Source: an uncultured Eubacteriales bacterium
Lineage (GTDB): Bacteria > Bacteroidota > Bacteroidia > Bacteroidales > P3
Assembly: GCA_963627985.1 (NCBI GenBank)
Contig: CAVGDP010000017.1
Location: 1 to 41,957, forward strand
DNA length: 41,957 bases
Reading direction: 5' to 3'
How positions within the stretch are numbered: the first letter of the stretch is position 1; every line of letters starts with the position of its first letter. Positions 19,727 to 27,843 of the stretch are shown here, piece by piece. The translations under genes were made by a program, and so were the position numbers. The notes beneath the pieces are model-generated. The model was not told the origin of the DNA. It ran no database searches and saw nothing but the letters and a program-made list of their open reading frames with translations.

Positions 19727-21304
19727 ATGAAAATCGTAGTGTCGTTAAGTAAGATTGTATTAGGTGTTTTGATTGTGTCGCTATTTATTGGTTGTGGCAA
19801 CAAGAATAAATCTGCTAAAACAGGTTGGAATTACGATGATTCCAAATGGGGAGGATTTGAATCCGCTAAAAACACAGAGATGGCTACCCCTCCGGGTATG
19901 GTATTTATAGAAGGTGGTGCCTTTGTTATGGGTAGGACTACAGATAACGTAAAATACGAATGGGATAATCAACCTCGTAAAGTTACAGTTTCATCTTTCT
20001 ATATGGATGAGTGTGAGGTTACTAACCAGGATTATAGAGAATATCTATATTGGTTAAATAGAGTTTATGTAGATTATCCTGAATATTGCGAGAAACAATT
20101 GCCTGATACTTTAGTTTGGCGTACAAAACTTACTTATAACGAACCTATGGTTGATTATTATTTCCGTCATCCTGCTTGGGCTAATTACCCAGTTGTAGGT
20201 GTTAATTGGGTACAAGCAACAGATTATTGTGCCTGGAGAACAGATCGTTTGAATGAAAAAGCGTTGATTGATGCCGGAGTATTAGAATTGGACCCAGACC
20301 AAAGTAATGAAAATGTGTTTACCACAGAGGCATATCTTACAGGACAATACGAAGGTTATGTAAAGAAAGATCTAAAAGACTTGGATCCAAATAGCGAAGG
20401 AACAAGAAAAGTTAATATGGGTGATGGTATAATATTTCCTAAATTTAGACTACCGACCGAAGCAGAATGGGAATATGCTGCACTTGGTTTGATAGGTAAT
20501 ACTACAAAAGAAGGACGTATTATAGAGAGAAGAATATATCCTTGGAATGGACACGTTGTACGTACAGATCAAAAGAAATATTATGGTGAAATGCTTGCTA
20601 ATTTCAAACGTTCAAGAGGTGATGGTATGGGTGTAGCAAGTGTATTGAATGACCATTGGGAATATACTGCTCCTGTTAACTATTATTTCCCTAATGATTA
20701 TGGTCTTTATAATATGGCGGGTAATGTATCCGAATGGGTAATGGATGTTTATCGTCCTAACACTCATGCAGATGCAGGTGATATAAATCCTTTCCGTGGT
20801 AATGTTTATATGACAAAAGTATTAGACGAGGATGGTATGGTTGCCGAGAAAGACTCTTTGGGACGTATACAATATAGAGAGGTTACCGTTGAGGATAATA
20901 TAGGTAGAAGAAATTATAGACAAGCTGATAATATCAATTATCTTGACGGAGATTTGGCTTCTCAATTAGATCAAAGTGCGTGGGAAGAGAATAGTAAAGA
21001 ATATGCAAGAAGTTCTGGCCTTTCTACTTCCGCAGACGATGAAGAAGATCTTACTACTTCCGCAGACGATGAAGAAGAATCAACTAATGCTAACCAGTCT
21101 ATATCTAATGGTATGTACGAGTATGGCAAACATTCTTTATTGAATGATAAAGCAAGAGTTGTTAAAGGTGGTTCTTGGAAAGATAGAGCATTATATTTAT
21201 CTCCTGGTGAAAAAAGATACTTGGATCAAGCACAAAGTACAGATTGGATAGGTTTCCGTTGTGCAATGGATAGAGTTGGTTCAAGAGAATTGAAAAAGAA
21301 ATAA
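19727..21304 (+). CDS. gldJ: gliding motility / T9SS lipoprotein GldJ (SUMF1/FGE-fold, PorK paralogue family)
   Basis: 525 aa with the lipobox LFIGCG. FGE-sulfatase-fold motifs YPVVGVNWVQATDYCAWR, RLPTEAEWEYAA and GGSWKD are present. It directly follows a porP/sprF gene, as in gliding Bacteroidota. Confidence 0.8.
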   Translation: MKIVVSLSKIVLGVLIVSLFIGCGNKNKSAKTGWNYDDSKWGGFESAKNTEMATPPGMVFIEGGAFVMGRTTDNVKYEWDNQPRKVTVSSFYMDECEVTNQDYREYLYWLNRVYVDYPEYCEKQLPDTLVWRTKLTYNEPMVDYYFRHPAWANYPVVGVNWVQATDYCAWRTDRLNEKALIDAGVLELDPDQSNENVFTTEAYLTGQYEGYVKKDLKDLDPNSEGTRKVNMGDGIIFPKFRLPTEAEWEYAALGLIGNTTKEGRIIERRIYPWNGHVVRTDQKKYYGEMLANFKRSRGDGMGVASVLNDHWEYTAPVNYYFPNDYGLYNMAGNVSEWVMDVYRPNTHADAGDINPFRGNVYMTKVLDEDGMVAEKDSLGRIQYREVTVEDNIGRRNYRQADNINYLDGDLASQLDQSAWEENSKEYARSSGLSTSADDEEDLTTSADDEEESTNANQSISNGMYEYGKHSLLNDKARVVKGGSWKDRALYLSPGEKRYLDQAQSTDWIGFRCAMDRVGSRELKKK

Positions 21305-21381
21305 TGTAAGATTAATAATGAATTTACCAATGATATTGTAGGGTTTTAGAATAAAAATAAAGTAAATTCATATAACGAAAA

Positions 21382-21421
21382 AAGAATCTTGTGTGGTCTA
21401 TTTATTACATAAGATTCTTTT
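21382..21421 (+). terminator. hairpin terminator candidate after gldJ
   Basis: AAGAATCTTGTG pairs with CATAAGATTCTT (one G-U) around a 14-nt loop, followed by TT. The loop is long, so this is only moderate. Confidence 0.4.
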
Positions 21422-21536
21422 GAAGTTAAATACAAATAGGCTTATTGAATAGTATAGAAAACACGAAATATAATTTAGAATATCTATATCTTTCTTGATT
21501 GAGACTAAAATTGATATTTAAATAAGTGAATGAATT

Positions 21537-22571
21537 ATGGCTGTGGCAACATCTATTGATACTCAAATAAAACAAATTAGAAATGATATAAAAAATAAAA
21601 GTTTATCATCTTTGTATTTACTCAAAGGCGATGAGCAGTATTATATTGATTTGATTTGTAATGATTTTGAGAATAAGGTTATAGATAAAACCAGTAGAGA
21701 CTTCAATCAAGCAATAGTTTTTGGTAAGCAAACAAATGCCTCTCAATTAATATCTCTTTGCAGACAATATCCTTTAATGGCAGACAAAAGGTTAGTTATT
21801 CTCAAAGAAGCACAATTAATGGATAAGAATCAATGGGGCAAACTATTGATTTATTTGAAAAGTCCTCAACTTTCAACCGTGTTTGTTATTTGTAACAAGG
21901 TCAAAGAATTTGATATTAAATGCAAAAATGCCATAGTTAAAAGTGGAGGAGTTGTTGTAGAAAGCAATAAACTCAAAGATTATCAGGTACCTAAATGGAT
22001 AATGAATTTTTTTGCAGACAAAAAATTCAAAATAGATGATCAGTGTGCAAATATGTTGTGCGATTACTTGGGCAATGATTTACAAAAGATTGCTAATGAA
22101 GTAAATAAAATGCTTCTTAATATAAAGGATCGTACAGAGATAACTAAAAACGATATTAACGAATTTATAGGTATAAGTAAGGATTATAATGTTTTTGAAC
22201 TTCAAAATGCTTTAAGTAGGAAAGATGTTATAAAAGTTAATACTATAATTAATTATTTTGAACAAAATCCAAAAGAAAACCCTATACAATTAATATTCCC
22301 TATTTTGTTTTCTTTTTTTTGTAAATTATTGATTGCCTCCCAAGTACCTACAAGAAACGATACCGATATTGCTACTGCACTCAATCTCAAAAGTATTTAT
22401 GTTGCCAAAGATTATATAGTTGCTCTTAACTATTATTCTACCAAACAATTATTAAATATTGTTGCCTTATTCAACGAATATGATCTAAAATCCAAAGGTA
22501 TAGGTGCTTCACCGATGCTAACCGAAGGTAATTTATTAAGAGAATTTGTTTTCAAAATATTACATATATAA
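21537..22571 (+). CDS. holA: DNA polymerase III delta subunit
   Basis: 344 aa with an N-terminal LYLLKGDEQYYID-type segment. Overall length and helical C-terminal domain are typical of HolA. There is no strong catalytic motif, so the call rests on remembered family resemblance. Confidence 0.75.
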   Translation: MAVATSIDTQIKQIRNDIKNKSLSSLYLLKGDEQYYIDLICNDFENKVIDKTSRDFNQAIVFGKQTNASQLISLCRQYPLMADKRLVILKEAQLMDKNQWGKLLIYLKSPQLSTVFVICNKVKEFDIKCKNAIVKSGGVVVESNKLKDYQVPKWIMNFFADKKFKIDDQCANMLCDYLGNDLQKIANEVNKMLLNIKDRTEITKNDINEFIGISKDYNVFELQNALSRKDVIKVNTIINYFEQNPKENPIQLIFPILFSFFCKLLIASQVPTRNDTDIATALNLKSIYVAKDYIVALNYYSTKQLLNIVALFNEYDLKSKGIGASPMLTEGNLLREFVFKILHI

Positions 22572-22595
22572 AAACACTTACTAATACGTACTAAA

Positions 22596-24899
22596 ATGAA
22601 AAAAATATTTTCCTTATTCATATTTGCTTTTGTTTCTTTCACTTTGTTTGCTCAAACAGGTACAATAAAAGGATTTGTATACAATATTATGGACGGAGAG
22701 CCAATAATGTTTGCTAATATTATTGTAGATAAAACTCAATTAGGTGCAAGTTCGGATATAAATGGTTTCTTTGTAATTAACAAAGTACCTGTTGGTAAGC
22801 AAAATATCAAAGTTCAAGTAATAGGTTATGCAGATACAATAATAAGTTTGGAAGTATCGCAAAACAAAGCCTTGAATATAAAAATAGAATTGACTCCTCA
22901 ATCACAAATACTTGAAACAATAGAAATTTCTGCTGCAAAAGAAATGGCTAAAACAGAATCGCGTGTGTCTGTAAAGAAAGTTACCGCTGTTGAAATTCAA
23001 AAAATGCCTTCTGTCGGAGGACAAGCCGATTTTGCACAGTATATACAAGTACTTCCTGGTGTTGTTTTCTCTGGCGACCAAGGTGGACAATTATATATTA
23101 GGGGAGGTTCTGCAATTCAAAACAAAGTTCTTTTGGATGGTATGACTATCTATAATCCTTTTCATTCTATTGGTTTATTCTCTGTTTTTGAGACAGATAT
23201 TATTCGTAACGCAGATGTTTATACGGGCGGATTCAATGCTCGTTATGGAGGACGATTATCCTCTATTATGGACATAACTACTCGCGATGGTAATAAGAAA
23301 AGAACAACAGGTAAAGTCTCTTTATCTACCTTTGGAGCGTCTGCCATTGTAGAAGGACCATTAATTGCCGATAAGGAAGATAGAGATTTCTCCGTTTCAT
23401 ATCTATTAACCGAAAAGAATTCGTATCTTTCGCAAACATCCAAATCAATTTATTCTTATACAAATACAGAATTGCCATACGACTTCTTAGATTTGTATGG
23501 TAAATTAACAATAGCATCCAGAACAGGTAGTAAGGCAAATATTTTTGGTTTTAATTTTACGGATAAAGTAAACGGATACAAGAGTATAGCAGATTTTAAT
23601 TGGAAAAATAGTGGAGCAGGTGCTAATTTTGTAATTGTTCCGCAAAATTCGTCCTCTATCGTTCAAGGTGTAGTCGCTTATTCTAATTATACAATGAATA
23701 TGAACGAGACGACTAATCAAAGTGAACAAAAAAGTAATATAAGTTCTTTCAATGGTAGTATTGATGTTACACAATTTTTCAACAAGAATCAATTGCGTTA
23801 TGGTGTTGATTTGATGTGGAATACTACCAAAACATTATTCGAAGGACAAGAGGAAGAACAAAAAGATTATTCCTCCGATTTGGGAGCCTATATGATATTC
23901 AAAGGTTTTGTTGGTAATCTACTCTATGAACCAAGTATTAGATTATCTTATTATGCCTCTTTGGCAGAAGCTGTTTTTGAGCCTCGTTTATCGTTGAAAT
24001 ATAATCTTACAGATAGATTTAGATTCAAAGCTGCATTAGGAAAATATTCTCAAACCTTTATTGATACTAAATCGGATAGAGATATAGTTAATTTATTTAC
24101 AGGTTATTTGACCACAAGCCCCGATCTTTTTGGTGGCGTTGTGAATACTTACAAAGGGGACGAAGTTACGCATTATATAGAAAAATCTAATCATTATATC
24201 TTCGGATTTGAATACGATATAATCAAACAACTAACCGCTAATATAGAAGGATACTACAAGACTATGACCAATCTTATTTCCGTTAATAGAGATAGAATTT
24301 ATGATAATGATAACGCTCATGCTTCATACCCAGATTATTTGAAAAAGAATTTTGCCGTAGAGGAAGGCAAAGCGTATGGTATGGATATGAGTTTGAAATA
24401 TGATAACGGTAGGTTATATGTTTGGGCGATATATTCATACGGTAAAGTAGAGAAAACAAGCGAGACACAGACCTATAATCCTCATTATGATAGAAGACAT
24501 AATGTTAATATTTTGGTTTCATATCAATTAGGAATGGAACGTTCGTGGGAGATTAGTGCTCGTTGGAATTACGGTTCAGGTTTTCCTTTTACTGCTACTG
24601 CAGGATTTGGGGAGATACTTTCTTTCTCTGGTGGAGTTAATAGCGATTATACTTCTCGCTCTGGTAGTTTAACTACAATGTATGGTAGTTTGAATGCAAA
24701 GCGATTACCATCTTATCATCGTTTGGATGTTTCTCTCAAGAAGCGTTTTACTCTTTTCCGCCATTCTATCTTGGAAGTAGAAGCAAGTGTTACCAATATT
24801 TATAATAGAAATAACATGTTCTATTACGATAGAATAACTTCCGAGCGGATAGACCAATTACCAATTATGCCGTCCTTAGGTATGACCTTACGGTTCTAA
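22596..24899 (+). CDS. TonB-dependent outer-membrane receptor with N-terminal carboxypeptidase-regulatory-like domain
   Basis: 767 aa with a signal peptide and a CarbopepD_reg-like start (GTIKGFVYNIMDGEPIMFANIIV). Plug-region motifs (LPGV, IRGG, DGMTIYNP) and a long beta-barrel ending ...LRF are present. Confidence 0.9.
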   Translation: MKKIFSLFIFAFVSFTLFAQTGTIKGFVYNIMDGEPIMFANIIVDKTQLGASSDINGFFVINKVPVGKQNIKVQVIGYADTIISLEVSQNKALNIKIELTPQSQILETIEISAAKEMAKTESRVSVKKVTAVEIQKMPSVGGQADFAQYIQVLPGVVFSGDQGGQLYIRGGSAIQNKVLLDGMTIYNPFHSIGLFSVFETDIIRNADVYTGGFNARYGGRLSSIMDITTRDGNKKRTTGKVSLSTFGASAIVEGPLIADKEDRDFSVSYLLTEKNSYLSQTSKSIYSYTNTELPYDFLDLYGKLTIASRTGSKANIFGFNFTDKVNGYKSIADFNWKNSGAGANFVIVPQNSSSIVQGVVAYSNYTMNMNETTNQSEQKSNISSFNGSIDVTQFFNKNQLRYGVDLMWNTTKTLFEGQEEEQKDYSSDLGAYMIFKGFVGNLLYEPSIRLSYYASLAEAVFEPRLSLKYNLTDRFRFKAALGKYSQTFIDTKSDRDIVNLFTGYLTTSPDLFGGVVNTYKGDEVTHYIEKSNHYIFGFEYDIIKQLTANIEGYYKTMTNLISVNRDRIYDNDNAHASYPDYLKKNFAVEEGKAYGMDMSLKYDNGRLYVWAIYSYGKVEKTSETQTYNPHYDRRHNVNILVSYQLGMERSWEISARWNYGSGFPFTATAGFGEILSFSGGVNSDYTSRSGSLTTMYGSLNAKRLPSYHRLDVSLKKRFTLFRHSILEVEASVTNIYNRNNMFYYDRITSERIDQLPIMPSLGMTLRF

Positions 24900-24981
24900 T
24901 ATTCTTCTCTTACTAATTAATATTTCTTCTTTTACTAATTAATATTATTCTCGTGCCGATTAATATTACTAACCGACTATT
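24897..24981 (+). repeat. four tandem 21-22-bp units each starting TAATATT
   Basis: Units are TAATATTCTTCTCTTACTAAT / TAATATTTCTTCTTTTACTAAT / TAATATTATTCTCGTGCCGAT / TAATATTACTAACCGACTATT. The first unit includes the receptor stop codon. Confidence 0.55.
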
Positions 24982-25043
24982 TGATTAAGAGGCAGGAAGG
25001 TTATATCTTTTTCGGATAGAACGGCAGAAGAAAATAAGAAAGA

Positions 25044-25286
25044 TTAATAAATATTCTCCCTTTTCCATAATAGAAGACCTTGTTCTACTAATTGGTCGTT
25101 TATCTTCTGTGCTAAAACGTCCCTTGCATCAAAAAATTCCTTGAAGATTGGCAAGTACTCACTATTTACTGCATATTTTATTGTGTTTCTACCGAAACCT
25201 CTTGTCCCTTTGGTAGTCTTTAGTTTGGTTATACGAGTATCTTTGTCCGTTTGTAAGTCTTGGAAATTCTCGGGGTCTTTTCCCAT
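25044..25286 (-). CDS. 80-aa ORF, probably the severed C-terminal tail of the methyltransferase gene
   Basis: It is in frame with the upstream 489-aa ORF. The 11 codons between the TAG and this ATG are open (NDSFYDITNAI). Confidence 0.35.
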   Translation of the reverse strand: MGKDPENFQDLQTDKDTRITKLKTTKGTRGFGRNTIKYAVNSEYLPIFKEFFDARDVLAQKINDQLVEQGLLLWKRENIY

Positions 25287-25319
25287 AATAGCATTAGTGA
25301 TATCGTAGAAACTATCGTT

Positions 25320-26789
25320 CTAATCCTTGTTTTTGTAGCAATCTTGCGAATGATAATATTTGAATACTTGCAAAGCAGCAGCGTACAAATTCTTTGCTTC
25401 CTCGGAATACTTGAAACTATGAAAGAACTCTCTAAAATCAAATGGTTGTTCTGCTTTATCGGAGAATAAATCCGTATTTGTATCTTGAGGAAATAACACA
25501 TTTAGATCATTTTTCGCACACCCCAACTCTTTACTCATAAAAGGCATTATATAGTTCTTTTGTCCCTTATTAGTAAACGCATTGCCTATATAGAATTGCG
25601 AAAACATTATTGCATTATTAAATAACTCTTCGCTAATATCTTCTATTTCTCCTTTATATACATAGTCATTCCATTCAAAATATTTGGCATGTGTATTAAA
25701 ACAAATCCCTTTGGAGAGTAAACAATATTTTAGATTATTTACTGTTACACAATTTAAGTTCTTTGCTTGTTTATTAGTCATATTAATACAACTTTGCACA
25801 TAACTAAAATTACCTAATAATAGTCCTGTTTGATTTTGTTTGATAATATTTTGCAGGTTGTTAAATAGGTCAGGACGAGAATTGTTGTAAATATATGTTC
25901 CCTTATAAACAAAATCTCCTCTTACTAATTCATATCTATTCGTTTCTATATGATTATCTTGTATTTCTCTGCCATTATCTTTATCGAAGATTATTTGAGA
26001 AATAGGCCATTCGGATAGTTGAAACGTTGTTTTAGCATTAGAAAAAATATGTGAGACTATTTTGTAGTTGGATTTCTTATACTGCTCTATTTCGGAGCGA
26101 AGAAAACTTTCTGTCATATAATAGAATACTATTACTTGCGGTTGTAATTCAACTACTTTATTAAAAAATTCTATTGCAAGATTATATTGAAATCCTTTTT
26201 GGCGAGTATATGGCGGATTCATTATTACCATAAGTTTTCTTTTCTCCCTTTTGCAGATCTCATCTATACCGAGAAGCAAACCTTTGTACTTAAACTTGGG
26301 TTGAGTATCGTCTTTGAGATAATCGAATTGAATGGCATTCTCGAAATCTTTTATCTTACAAATATCAACGTCCGTCTGCTCCAACGTAGATAAATAAACA
26401 TATTGCTTATAGTCCTTACCAAATTGATTTTCCAAATTACCAACGCCACAACAAGGGTCAAAGACGATATATTCATTCAAATCGTAATGTTGGTTGAGGA
26501 TCTCATTTTGTTTTTCAACGAAAAAGAAAGGAGTATATTCGCCTCCGGTATCTTTACGATACTGCTCGGAATAAAGAGTATGGGAGTGCTCCAAAATTTT
26601 TAGGAACTCCTCCTTTTCGGGTGGGCGATTATATTTATTCCAAAAGAATTCGTACTTGTCTTTATCGGAAAAGGTATAATAAAAAGACTTGTTATGCAGA
26701 AGTTGTTTGCTTTCGTAAGTTATAATCTTTCTACCGTCCGAGAAACTTTCCAATTTGTAGCAATTAAGATTAGTACCCTCTCTTATCAA
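25320..26789 (-). CDS. gamma-class N6-adenine DNA methyltransferase segment (motif X-I-IV order) with target-recognition-like C-terminal half
   Basis: Motifs GGEYTPFFF (motif X-like), VFDPCCGVGNL (motif I, SAM binding) and VIMNPPY (motif IV) are present. The track start is a TTG, and there is no ATG upstream of motif I. Confidence 0.8.
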   Translation of the reverse strand: MIREGTNLNCYKLESFSDGRKIITYESKQLLHNKSFYYTFSDKDKYEFFWNKYNRPPEKEEFLKILEHSHTLYSEQYRKDTGGEYTPFFFVEKQNEILNQHYDLNEYIVFDPCCGVGNLENQFGKDYKQYVYLSTLEQTDVDICKIKDFENAIQFDYLKDDTQPKFKYKGLLLGIDEICKREKRKLMVIMNPPYTRQKGFQYNLAIEFFNKVVELQPQVIVFYYMTESFLRSEIEQYKKSNYKIVSHIFSNAKTTFQLSEWPISQIIFDKDNGREIQDNHIETNRYELVRGDFVYKGTYIYNNSRPDLFNNLQNIIKQNQTGLLLGNFSYVQSCINMTNKQAKNLNCVTVNNLKYCLLSKGICFNTHAKYFEWNDYVYKGEIEDISEELFNNAIMFSQFYIGNAFTNKGQKNYIMPFMSKELGCAKNDLNVLFPQDTNTDLFSDKAEQPFDFREFFHSFKYSEEAKNLYAAALQVFKYYHSQDCYKNKD

Positions 26790-26831
26790 GTCTTGTTCGT
26801 TCTCTGCAAGAGTGGATTTGGTTTTCGTGGG

Positions 26832-27323
26832 TTAGAATAAGGAGTTGTCATTAATATCTTGTATAACAGATTTCTTATATACAGCACCGTTAAGTATATC
26901 TACCAAAAAGAGATTAATCAATTCCTGCTCGTTTTTGATAGTTTCCTTGAAGGTAACATCTCTTTTCCAGGCGTTATAGACAACATTAAAATTCTTATCC
27001 GTTATATCTATTTTGGTATTCTTGCCATTTTTGAGGGCAGAATACATTTCCTTGATTTCATCGTTAATATATCTTGTAATTTTACCTTTGATTCTGTCGT
27101 TTATTCTATCTACTGCATCTTTGGTTGGGTTACTTGGTCGTTCTTTTTTCCAATTAATATCATTATTATACATAACCGAATCGGTAGAGCAATCGATTAG
27201 TTCCAAAATATCGTTATTCTCTTTGTCTTTGTATATTAAGGCTACTTCACTTAGGATATTGTTTTGTTTTTTTGTTAGTAAGAATAACTTGTGCGAGGGC
27301 TCTACGATGGTCGTTTTCGTCAT
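26832..27323 (-). CDS. 163-aa ORF, probable linker/helical segment of the disrupted RM fusion
   Basis: It overlaps the upstream 73-aa ORF by 77 nt in the +1 frame and ends at a TAA that is in frame with the methyltransferase ORF. Confidence 0.4.
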   Translation of the reverse strand: MTKTTIVEPSHKLFLLTKKQNNILSEVALIYKDKENNDILELIDCSTDSVMYNNDINWKKERPSNPTKDAVDRINDRIKGKITRYINDEIKEMYSALKNGKNTKIDITDKNFNVVYNAWKRDVTFKETIKNEQELINLFLVDILNGAVYKKSVIQDINDNSLF

Positions 27324-27468
27324 TTATAATATACTTACTTTCAATATAAAGCAACAAGTTACCACTTCTATCGGTTAGGATAACATCTACCATATTTATG
27401 TCCAACTTCCAAACACCGCTATCAAAATATTTTTCGCAGAAATCTTTCTTAAAATTTACCTCAGGCAT
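27247..27468 (-). CDS. 73-aa N-terminal fragment carrying a PD-(D/E)xK-like nuclease motif
   Basis: NMVDVILTDRSGNLLLYIESKYI contains D-x9-E-x-K, followed by RRALAQVI. The ATG start has a TATCTTTG promoter box 43 nt upstream. Confidence 0.45.
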   Translation of the reverse strand: MPEVNFKKDFCEKYFDSGVWKLDINMVDVILTDRSGNLLLYIESKYIINDENDHRRALAQVILTNKKTKQYPK

Positions 27469-27510
27469 ATATTACAAAATAATTATAATTGTTCTTTAAT
27501 AAATGAGTTG

Positions 27511-27518
27511 CAAAGATA
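27511..27518 (-). promoter_or_regulatory. TAnnTTTG -7 box for the RM remnant
   Basis: The minus strand reads TATCTTTG, followed by CA. Confidence 0.45.
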
Positions 27519-27624
27519 TGATATATTTTTAGAAAAAAGGGGATAAATCAACAAGTTTTTTAGAGAATAGATACAAATATTGTCTTTCGTGGTAAGATAT
27601 TTTCTCTATTATTACTCTTTATCA

Positions 27625-27813
27625 AAATAAAATCAATAACTATTTAAATAAAATCAATAACTATTTAAATAAAATCAATAACTATTTAAATAAAATCAAT
27701 AACTATTTAAATAAAATCAATAACTATTTAAATAAAATCAATAACTATTTAAATAAAATCAATAACTATTTGAATAAAATCAGATGTTATTTCAACGAAA
27801 TCAGATATTATTT
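27625..27813 (+). repeat. 21-bp phased tandem array, 9 units (7 identical)
   Basis: AAATAAAATCAATAACTATTT is repeated 7 times with no substitution (27625-27771), then GAATAAAATCAGATGTTATTT and CAACGAAATCAGATATTATTT follow. Confidence 0.92.
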
Positions 27814-27843
27814 TGCTGTTTGGGGTACTTAGTCTAAATATTG

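Larger units (their letters stand above)
25044..27468 (-). pseudogene. disrupted type IIG/IIL-like restriction-modification fusion gene (nuclease + gamma-class m6A methyltransferase + C-terminal region)
   Basis: Four consecutive minus-strand ORFs form one frame. ORF 27468-27247 shifts by +1 at an A7 tract into ORF 27323-26832. That ORF, the 26789-25320 ORF and the 25286-25044 ORF are all in the same frame, separated only by TAA (26834-26832) and TAG (25322-25320), with no other stops in the 42-nt and 33-nt gaps. Confidence 0.55.

Noticed and set aside
25229-25501. The 90-aa (minus) and 69-aa (plus, 25260-25469) ORFs overlapping the 3' end of the methyltransferase. Also many other 60-140-aa track ORFs lying antisense or out of frame inside long genes (for example 103-291, 1288-1551, 8419-8703, 27013-27378, 31879-32301).
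   Set aside because: They lie entirely within or against much longer ORFs that carry clear family motifs. Their translations are low-complexity or Ile/Phe/Leu-rich, as expected from AT-rich antisense frames.
25320-26834. In-frame TAA and TAG as evidence for an alternative genetic code or stop-codon recoding, as in some Bacteroidota phages.
   Set aside because: tilS ends at a TAG and most other genes here end at TAA, all at lengths expected for their families. The standard code therefore applies, and decay of the gene is the simpler explanation.
27625-27645. The repeat core AATCAA resembles the left half of the enterobacterial IHF consensus WATCAANNNNTTR, preceded by an A/T-rich tract.
   Set aside because: The TTR half is not at canonical spacing in the main unit (AATCAATAACTAT), and many variant units lack ATCAA. 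I keep it only as a weak hint that a bending protein could bind, not as a site call.
27625-27813. Possibility that the 21-bp arrays are CRISPR arrays.
   Set aside because: The units abut with no spacers, the period is 21 bp, the variable part is only about 7-10 nt, there is no cas gene in the window, and there are six small dispersed loci.
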